From: Thermoproteota archaeon
GTDB taxonomy: Archaea; Thermoproteota; Nitrososphaeria_A; Caldarchaeales; Calditenuaceae
Direction of reading: 5' to 3'
Assembly: GCA_030550235.1 (NCBI GenBank)
Contig: JAUQPU010000003.1
Span: 79,897 to 143,896 of the forward strand
Length of the DNA: 64,000 bases
The position numbers were made by a program, and so were the translations under genes. The notes under the pieces were generated by a model, which had not been told where the DNA came from, did not search any database, and worked only from the letters and a program-made list of their open reading frames with translations. Each line of letters starts with the position of its first letter. The first letter of the stretch is position 1. Below are positions 26,832 to 33,886 of the stretch, piece by piece.

Positions 26832-28154
26832 ATGGCTGGAGTAAGGCAACTGGGGCCAGATTTTGAAGAGATACGGCCGGGGTTTGTGAGGCCTGAGCTT
26901 GATGGGCGGCGAGTAGTAATTAGAGGGTGGGTCCACGAGATACGAGACCTCGGCTCCCTTGTCTTCATAATTTTGAGAGATAGGTCGGGTCTCTGTCAGG
27001 CTGTGTTCAGCCGAGTGGGTGCGGACAGTGGTCTACTAGATGTTCTGGATGGTTTGACCCGTGAGTCTGCTGTGAGGGTTTGGGGGACTGTTAAGGTGGC
27101 CCCCCAGTCGAGGATGGGTGTGGAGGTGAAGTGTGAAGGGATTGAGGTGCTTGGCAGGGCTGTGGAGAAGCTGCCATACGACGTGACTGGTAAGGTTCCG
27201 GCTTCGATGACGACTAGGCTAGACCATAGGATTCTCGACCTGAGAAAGCCCGAGAACACAGCAATTTTCCTGATAGGCGACACGGTCTTTGCCGCCATTC
27301 GCGAGTATTTTCGTGAGCAAGGATTTGTGGAGGTTAGGACACCCAAGATCATAGCCACAGCAACCGAAGGCGGAGCAGCTCTCTTCAAGGTTGACTACTT
27401 CGGGAAGACAGCCTATCTGGCCCAAAGCCCTCAGCTCTATAAGGAGGAGCTTGTATCGGTCTTTGAACGCGTCTTCGAGATAGGGCCATTCTTCAGGGCC
27501 GAGGCCTCCCACACAAGAAGGCATGTAAGCGAGTTCACTTCTGTCGACATTGAGGCGGCTTTCATGAACTATGAGGATGTGATGCGGATATTGGAGGGTA
27601 TGGTTGTCCACGTTGTTAAGAAGGTCTTGGATGAGAGGCGGCGGGAGCTCGAGCTCCTCGGCGTCTCTCTTAAGCCGCCTAGAACGCCCTTCAAGCGGAT
27701 AACCTATGATGAGGCCCTGAAAGAGCTTCGGGAGCTTGGCTATGAGAAGGAGTGGGGTGGAGACCTGGAGACCGCTGATTTAAGGCATCTGGCCAAAAAG
27801 CATACAGGATTCTACTTCATAACGCACTTCCCCACAGCCATTAAGCCCTTCTACATACAGCCCGACCCTACTAACCCGCAGGTCTCAGAGTCCTTCGACC
27901 TGATGTATCAGTGGCTAGAACTGGCCTCGGGTGGGACTAGGATATCCGACTCTGCGCTCCTCAAGCAGAGGCTGCAGGAGCAGGGGCTCAACCCCGATAG
28001 CTTCAAGCACCACCTAGCGGTCTACGACTATGGCATGCCGGTCCACGCAGGCTGGGGTCTCGGCTTCGAGAGGCTATTAATGGTCCTGACAAGGCGCACA
28101 AACATAAGAGATGTCATGCTCTTCCCCAGGGATAGGTTCAGGCTGACACCATGA
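26832..28154 (+). CDS. aspS: Aspartyl-tRNA synthetase (archaeal/eukaryotic type)
   Basis: OB-fold N-terminal domain and class II motifs (FFRAE..., GLGFERL). 440 aa. Confidence 0.95.
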   Translation: MAGVRQLGPDFEEIRPGFVRPELDGRRVVIRGWVHEIRDLGSLVFIILRDRSGLCQAVFSRVGADSGLLDVLDGLTRESAVRVWGTVKVAPQSRMGVEVKCEGIEVLGRAVEKLPYDVTGKVPASMTTRLDHRILDLRKPENTAIFLIGDTVFAAIREYFREQGFVEVRTPKIIATATEGGAALFKVDYFGKTAYLAQSPQLYKEELVSVFERVFEIGPFFRAEASHTRRHVSEFTSVDIEAAFMNYEDVMRILEGMVVHVVKKVLDERRRELELLGVSLKPPRTPFKRITYDEALKELRELGYEKEWGGDLETADLRHLAKKHTGFYFITHFPTAIKPFYIQPDPTNPQVSESFDLMYQWLELASGGTRISDSALLKQRLQEQGLNPDSFKHHLAVYDYGMPVHAGWGLGFERLLMVLTRRTNIRDVMLFPRDRFRLTP

Positions 28155-28381
28155 GCGACCCCGTAGAGGAGTTTAGGGAGATCTCTAAGAGGATGCTGAA
28201 GAGAGATCTTTCGGAAGAGGAGATCGAGGAGCTTGCGTTCAGGTGGGCTAGCTTGAAGGCGAGGATTGCATCGGGGCTGGAGGCTCGCGAGCCCAGCCGG
28301 GAGGAGGTTGACTATCTGAAGAGACGGATTATCGAGCTCAGAGCCCTAGTTGGCGTCGATTCTCTCGGACAAGAGGGGTAA
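28151..28381 (+). CDS. Small helical acidic protein (76 aa) translationally coupled to aspS
   Basis: ATGA start/stop overlap with aspS. The sequence has no firm family assignment. Confidence 0.45.
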   Translation: MSDPVEEFREISKRMLKRDLSEEEIEELAFRWASLKARIASGLEAREPSREEVDYLKRRIIELRALVGVDSLGQEG

Positions 28382-28448
28382 CCAGGTTTTCCCCCTCTTA
28401 GATGGTGGCGTCGGATGAGCCGCTGACTAGTGTATAAATCTTGGTCTA

Positions 28449-28856
28449 TTGCTGTTTGTCGTGTTGAGTCCAGAAGGGCTTGACGCTGCGCTTTGGACAC
28501 TGCTGCTTTACCTTCTCCTAACAATAGTTGCTCCGCCTATATTCTATCTTGTCTCTGTCCTAATCGCTCCCAAGAAGCCATCCCGTGTCAAGAGGATGCT
28601 CTTCGAGTCAGGCCAGACACCAATACCTGTCAGGACAACCCCATTCCCCATAGAATACTTCCCCTACGTCATCATCTACATTGCGTACGCAGTCTTTGCA
28701 GTCATCGCCTTCATAGTCGTCTTAGACATGTTGAGGGCTGGTGAGAGCCTGGTCCGTGGGCTGATAATTCTCGCAGCAATCACTGCGGGGTCAATCTATG
28801 CGTCAACCCAGCTTCCCACTTTGAAGCAAAGGCTAGAGAAGGGTGCTGCAAGTTGA
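28449..28856 (+). CDS. nuoA: NADH-quinone oxidoreductase (complex I) subunit A
   Basis: Three TM helices with the loop motif FESGQ (YECG-type). It overlaps nuoH by 4 nt. The TATA-like TATAAAT at about 28433 suggests a leaderless start at GTG 28461. Confidence 0.75.
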   Translation: MLFVVLSPEGLDAALWTLLLYLLLTIVAPPIFYLVSVLIAPKKPSRVKRMLFESGQTPIPVRTTPFPIEYFPYVIIYIAYAVFAVIAFIVVLDMLRAGESLVRGLIILAAITAGSIYASTQLPTLKQRLEKGAAS

Positions 28857-29923
28857 TAGACCCAATCCAGCCCTTCGTCCAGATGTATAACTCCCTCCCC
28901 CCCATGTTGCAGGAGCTGGTTCGCTTCCTCTATAGCGAGCCATTCATCAAGGCTGCCATCTTCCCCGGCGCGCTCTTCAGCACACTGCTAGGCATGTTTG
29001 CAGTCTGGTTTGAGAGGAAGCTCTTCGCCCGCATCTCACTCAGGATAGGACCACTACACGTTGGAAAGGTTGCCGGAATTCTGCAGCTGATAGCCGACGC
29101 AATCAAGTTCCTCTCTAAGGAGAGGATAATACCCGAGGGAGTCAATAGGCCGTTATTCGTCCTCATGCCCTGCTTGGCGCTTGTCCTATCGCTTCTCCTC
29201 TATGCCTTCCTCCCATTCGGGGCTGGCTGGATAATTTATCCCTCAGAGATTGGCCTCCTTCTATTCTTCCTTGTGGCAGCATTATCACCAGTGCCGATAG
29301 TCCTAGCAGGCTACGCATCGAGGAGCAAATACCCATTTATAGGGATGTCGAGAATCGCTCTCCAGCTCTTCGGATACGAGGTGCCCCTCTTCCTAGCCTT
29401 GACAGGTGTCGTCCTATCTACGAGGACGTTGAATCTGGAGAAGATAGTCGAGGCGCAGGTGAGAGTCCCGCTCGCCGTAGCACAGGTAATAGGTTTCGTA
29501 GTTTTCATGATTACATTGTTGGCTGAGACTGAAAGGCTTCCCTTCGATATACCGACTGCTGAGGGTGAGATCGTTTTCGGCTGGCAGACTGAGTATTCAG
29601 GAGTCTACTTCCTCATGATTCAGCTAGCGATGTTTGAGAAGGTCCTGGCCTTCTGTTTCCTAGGCGCAGTACTCTATCTCGGTGGCTGGCTAGGCCCCCC
29701 AATACCCGGGCTCCCCGAGACACTCTCCGCGCCCTTCTGGATAATACTCAAGGCCCTCATACTATTCACACTTGTAGCCCTTCTACGCGGGGTCTATCCG
29801 AGGCTGACGATTGAAAAAGTCCTCGACCTAGGTTGGAAATATCTCATCCCGCTCGCTTTCGTGAATCTAATCATAACGGCGGGGACATCACTCGTCGCAG
29901 GGGCCCTGACAATTACGTTCTAA
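28853..29923 (+). CDS. nuoH: NADH-quinone oxidoreductase subunit H
   Basis: ERKLFARISLRIGPLHVGKVAGILQLIADAIKF is the canonical NuoH/ND1 signature. Confidence 0.9.
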   Translation: MIDPIQPFVQMYNSLPPMLQELVRFLYSEPFIKAAIFPGALFSTLLGMFAVWFERKLFARISLRIGPLHVGKVAGILQLIADAIKFLSKERIIPEGVNRPLFVLMPCLALVLSLLLYAFLPFGAGWIIYPSEIGLLLFFLVAALSPVPIVLAGYASRSKYPFIGMSRIALQLFGYEVPLFLALTGVVLSTRTLNLEKIVEAQVRVPLAVAQVIGFVVFMITLLAETERLPFDIPTAEGEIVFGWQTEYSGVYFLMIQLAMFEKVLAFCFLGAVLYLGGWLGPPIPGLPETLSAPFWIILKALILFTLVALLRGVYPRLTIEKVLDLGWKYLIPLAFVNLIITAGTSLVAGALTITF

Positions 29924-29969
29924 AGACCCGCTGAATGGTTTATCAAAAACTCCTATACTCGAGAATCTA

Positions 29970-30479
29970 TTGGATTTGGAGGTCCCTGAGGAGCGTATCC
30001 GGGTCTTCTTCGAGATGGAGGAGCGGTATAGGGAGCATGACGCCGAGTTTTTTAGGAGACTTCTTAAGCATCCGGACCTCACCATCAGGGCTCGGGCCAC
30101 ATGTATCCTCGCTGAGATAGGTGGGCGCGAATACATAAGAGAGCTGGCTGAGGTCCTTCTGCACGACGAGAATCCGATAGTGCGGCATGAGGCAGCCTAC
30201 TCTCTTGGGCAGCTGGGCTACCGAGATGCCATTCCATACCTTCTACAGTCCTTAAAGACAGACCCCCATCCAATAGTCCGCCACGAGTCGGCGATAGCTT
30301 TGGGCGTAATCGGGAGCGATGAGGCCCTACCCGGCCTGCTGGAAGCTCTGAATGACGAGTCGCAGGAAGTTATAGACTCGGCGGTCATAGCCATAAGCAA
30401 CATAGTGTTCTGTAGGCGGCTATTCGGTGTTTCGAGGGACGAGGTGGCCTCCGAGTTTGCGCGTAAGACCGGGGGCTGA
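29970..30479 (+). CDS. HEAT-repeat protein resembling one half of deoxyhypusine hydroxylase (two His-Glu motifs)
   Basis: NPIVRHEAAYSLGQLGYRDAIPYL and HPIVRHESAIALGVIGSDEALPGL repeats. The track start is TTG 29970 and an alternative ATG lies at 30015. Confidence 0.7.
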   Translation: MDLEVPEERIRVFFEMEERYREHDAEFFRRLLKHPDLTIRARATCILAEIGGREYIRELAEVLLHDENPIVRHEAAYSLGQLGYRDAIPYLLQSLKTDPHPIVRHESAIALGVIGSDEALPGLLEALNDESQEVIDSAVIAISNIVFCRRLFGVSRDEVASEFARKTGG

Positions 30480-30484
30480 GAGGC

Positions 30485-30832
30485 CTAGCCTCCCCTAGCC
30501 CTCTTGAACCTGAACTCTAGGCCCGTGGCCAGAATGTTTGACCGGGAGATTACATAGACCGCCTGCTGCGCCAAGAGGCCGTGTTCTATCGTGGAGAGCC
30601 TGTAGCCACTTCCCTCAACCTTCTTCCTCATCATCCTGAGATTCTCCAACAGGTCTCTCACACCACTCAGCTCCGAGGCCTCACTATTTGAGGCCAGGGA
30701 CTGGGCCCTCTCGTGGGCCGCAACCACGTATCTATAGTCGTCAGTCTCGAGAAAGCCCCTAAGGTCAGCTATAATCTCTCTTAAAGCTTTCCAAGCCTCC
30801 CGCAAACCGGCTGATCTCTGGCCGACTGACAA
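30485..30832 (-). CDS. Hypothetical protein (115 aa)
   Basis: An ORF downstream of the LLM oxidoreductase on the same strand. No motif recognised. Confidence 0.4.
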   Translation of the reverse strand: MSVGQRSAGLREAWKALREIIADLRGFLETDDYRYVVAAHERAQSLASNSEASELSGVRDLLENLRMMRKKVEGSGYRLSTIEHGLLAQQAVYVISRSNILATGLEFRFKRARGG

Positions 30833-30879
30833 CGCGAATCAAAGGAGCTGGCAGCATTTAGATATTCCCTAGGCTGGGG

Positions 30880-31971
30880 CTAAAGCTCCAGCTTTATTCC
30901 ACGCAGCTCCATGTACTTCTGGAGGTGCTCCCTTGTGTAGCCTCCCTGATAAGGCGCTTGTACCTCACCATACACCTCCCTCAGCCAAGGCGCGACCTTC
31001 TTTCCTAACGTCTTGATGAATCCCACAGGGTCTCCGCTGACTGAGAAGGCTATGTGCCTAAACCCAAGCTTAAGATATCTCTCGAGATACCTGATGACCT
31101 CCTCAGACCCTGTGGCAACTAGAAAGACGTCCTCGACAATCTTCTCAGAGACCCTGTTACCATGCATCTCGATGTATCTCGGGTCGTAGACGTTTAGGTC
31201 GAAGAAGATAGGGAGGAGTGTTCCGCGCCAGGGTAGAAGGGATTTGAGAGCCTTCTCATAGTCCTGCTCGTCGAACCCCACATGTATTAGGAGTGACTTC
31301 TCGATGTCTTCGCCGCTTCTACCCACTTCCCTAGCCCCTCTGTCTATGGCTGGGAAGAGCCTCTGTGTATATATCGTGTGGTCGTCGACCGGTAGAGTCA
31401 TAAACGCATCGGCGAGCATCCCTGCAAGCCTAGCCCCTCTCGCGCCGCTTGAGGCTATGTGTACTGGTATGTTGATTGGCGGGGGGTCGTAGAGTTTAGC
31501 CTTATTAAGGCTGTAGTATTTGCCATGGTATGTGACCTGTTTACCATGCCAGAGGAGCCTTATGATGAAAACGGCCTCCTCAAGCCTCTCCAGCCTCTCG
31601 CGGTAGGGTGGCCAAGAGAATCCGCATGGGACCTCGTTTAAGGCCTCGCCAGTCCCCACGCCTAGGAACATCCTGCCTGGAAAGAGGTTCTGCATCGTCG
31701 AAAAGGCCTGAGCAACAACGGGTGGTGGGTATCTGAAGAGCGGGCAGGTGACGCTGGTCCCCATCACTATCTTCTTTGTGAGGGTGCCGAGGGATGAGAG
31801 GATGGACCAGATGAAGACGCCGTGGGCCGCGGTGTCAAACCATGGGTGGAAATGGTCTGATCCCCATGCCACATCCAGCCCGTTCCTCTCCGCCTCAACC
31901 CCCTGTCTAACCAGCTCGTTGGGCGAATACTCCTCCGACGCCAAAACGATACCAACTCTAACACCACTCAA
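30880..31971 (-). CDS. LLM-class (luciferase-like) F420-dependent oxidoreductase, G6PDH/Fgd-like subfamily
   Basis: SDHFHPWF...GTSVTCPLFRYPPPVVAQAFSTMQNLFPGRMFLGVGTGEALNE closely follows the Fgd-family pattern as I recall it. Confidence 0.75.
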   Translation of the reverse strand: MSGVRVGIVLASEEYSPNELVRQGVEAERNGLDVAWGSDHFHPWFDTAAHGVFIWSILSSLGTLTKKIVMGTSVTCPLFRYPPPVVAQAFSTMQNLFPGRMFLGVGTGEALNEVPCGFSWPPYRERLERLEEAVFIIRLLWHGKQVTYHGKYYSLNKAKLYDPPPINIPVHIASSGARGARLAGMLADAFMTLPVDDHTIYTQRLFPAIDRGAREVGRSGEDIEKSLLIHVGFDEQDYEKALKSLLPWRGTLLPIFFDLNVYDPRYIEMHGNRVSEKIVEDVFLVATGSEEVIRYLERYLKLGFRHIAFSVSGDPVGFIKTLGKKVAPWLREVYGEVQAPYQGGYTREHLQKYMELRGIKLEL

Positions 31972-32040
31972 GCAGGAGCCACCGCTCGGAGAATCACTTT
32001 CTAACGGTGGCTAAAAAGAATAATCTCGCAGGATTGGGGG

Positions 32041-32973
32041 TTACTGGCCAAGCTTGGCCCTGAGCCAGCCGTATAATGCGTCTATGGGGTTTGTCGAGGG
32101 TGGGTTTGTGGAGATCTTCGGGCCTGCCAGCATGGAGGGGTTGTAGACTAGGCCTTGGCGGGAGATTGATGAGAGCTCCACGTCGGGTGTCATCTCGAGG
32201 GCGTAGAATGGGCAGGCGTCGACGCAGAAGCCGCAGAAGACGCATCTACCATAGTCAACTTGTGGGAAGTAGGACTTCTTGTTCTGTGGATATTTGAGGT
32301 CGCGCTTCTGTATAGTTATCCTCACACTACAGCCATCCTTACTTGCTCCATACACCACAGCGTCTGGAAACTTGTCTTCCAGCATGGTGAAGCTCCATCC
32401 CCTCTCTCCTAGCCTGCCGAATGGCTCGTCGAGATAGTTACTATAGAGTGTGGCGGAGTTGTGCTCCCATATCGCGTCAACGTTCAGTCTTATCGATACC
32501 TTGCCATCGGCCTTGGCCGCCCTCTTCAAATCAACGACGTGCCCTAGGAGGGGGTGTGACCCACCTACCCCGTATCCAGGCTCGACAAGGGGCTTGACGA
32601 ACCCTTCTACAACCTGGCTGAGAAGCTCTGACAAGACGCCTCTCCCCGAGGCGAGCTCGTTATAGTCCTTCTCCTCCACCTCTACAGTCACGTCAAACGC
32701 ATAAACCATTGTTATGGCCTCAGATATGTTCTGGCAGGCTATGTCGCAGAGGCTGCAGCCTGTGCATTTCTCAAGTATGAGGAGGTGCCTGCCCTTAAAG
32801 CCCGGGTAGGCGAACCCCTGCTTAGGGTCAAACCTGTAGTTTTCACTGGGGAGGTTAGGTATCTCCTCATATGGATACTTGTAGGTGTAGGGCTTGAAGA
32901 ATACATGCCTAGCGGCTACCCATATCGGTCTTAGAATCTCTCTAAGCAGAGTGGCTGCGGACATCTGTGCCAC
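32041..32973 (-). CDS. nuoI: NuoI-like 2x[4Fe-4S] ferredoxin subunit with a large insertion between the two cluster motifs
   Basis: CTGCSLCDIAC (residues 70-80) and CVFCGFCVDACP (residues 244-255) with NuoI-like flanks (GRH...LEKC; YALEMT). Confidence 0.7.
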   Translation of the reverse strand: MAQMSAATLLREILRPIWVAARHVFFKPYTYKYPYEEIPNLPSENYRFDPKQGFAYPGFKGRHLLILEKCTGCSLCDIACQNISEAITMVYAFDVTVEVEEKDYNELASGRGVLSELLSQVVEGFVKPLVEPGYGVGGSHPLLGHVVDLKRAAKADGKVSIRLNVDAIWEHNSATLYSNYLDEPFGRLGERGWSFTMLEDKFPDAVVYGASKDGCSVRITIQKRDLKYPQNKKSYFPQVDYGRCVFCGFCVDACPFYALEMTPDVELSSISRQGLVYNPSMLAGPKISTNPPSTNPIDALYGWLRAKLGQ

Positions 32974-33060
32974 TAGTCTGCCCCCGGTAGCCGAATTTAA
33001 AGGCTACACAGGCCCCCAGATGGGAATTGTTATCTCACACCTGAACACTTTCTGTGCCGA

Positions 33061-33744
33061 TTGACGGTCGGCGACGAGGTTCTCCGAAGGCTGAGGATGC
33101 AGTACCGGATACAGGCGGAGGAGTATGTCTCACTCTACACTCATCTCCAGAGTAGAGACCCCTTCCGAGTCCTAGTAGCGACAATATTATCGCAGAACAC
33201 GACGGATAAGGCGGCCCTCAACGCGCTCAAGACGCTTGAGAGAGATGTGGGGCTTTCTCCTCCAGCGATTTTAGGGGCGGGAAGGAGGAGGGTTGAGAAG
33301 GCTATACGAATGGCTGGCATGTACCGGTCTAAATCCCAGTGCCTCTTAGAGGCCTCCCGTATTATCGTTGAGAGGTATGGCGGCGATATGTGGAATCTGC
33401 TTAAGGGTGACGCTGAGGAGGTGAGGGAGCGGCTCATGGAGCTGCCTGGTGTGGGTGGGAAGACGGCCGACGTCCTTCTAACCACGATGGGGATAATACA
33501 TACTGTCCCGGTGGATACTCATGTCCGGAGAATCTCAACTCGCCTCGGTCTAGTAGATGAGGGTGCAAGCTATGAGATGGTCCGTAAACGGCTAGAAGAT
33601 GTCTTTAGCGCCAACTCGAGACACTTGGCGCACCTTCTCTTAATAGCCCACGGGCGTAGAGTCTGCAGGGCCAGAAGGCCCCTGTGTGGAGACTGTGTCC
33701 TAAATGATCTCTGCAAGTATTACAAGGAAATCCGGAAAAACTAG
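33061..33744 (+). CDS. nth: Endonuclease III (DNA glycosylase/AP lyase)
   Basis: HhH-GPD region LPGVGGKTADVLL, and the C-terminal Fe-S loop CRARRPLCGDCVLNDLC. Confidence 0.9.
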   Translation: MTVGDEVLRRLRMQYRIQAEEYVSLYTHLQSRDPFRVLVATILSQNTTDKAALNALKTLERDVGLSPPAILGAGRRRVEKAIRMAGMYRSKSQCLLEASRIIVERYGGDMWNLLKGDAEEVRERLMELPGVGGKTADVLLTTMGIIHTVPVDTHVRRISTRLGLVDEGASYEMVRKRLEDVFSANSRHLAHLLLIAHGRRVCRARRPLCGDCVLNDLCKYYKEIRKN

Positions 33745-33812
33745 CTCTAACCCGAGTGATGCAGGACCTGTAGAAGTAGCGCCGGTAAAACCGTGAGTGC
33801 TTGAATACAAAA

Positions 33813-33832
33813 GCATACATTTGCATACATTT
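33813..33832. repeat. Perfect tandem 10-mer GCATACATTT x2 upstream of the molybdoenzyme operon
   Basis: Read directly from the sequence. It sits immediately 5' of the TATA-like box. Confidence 0.6.
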
Positions 33833-33837
33833 TTAGA

Positions 33838-33850
33838 CTTTATATTAAAT
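33838..33850 (+). promoter_or_regulatory. TATA-like box (CTTTATATTAAAT) of the psrABC-like operon
   Basis: An A/T-rich element 37-49 nt upstream of ATG 33887. Confidence 0.4.
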
Positions 33851-33886
33851 TTTCCGAAAATGTAGTCAATAGCGTAATGATGTGGC

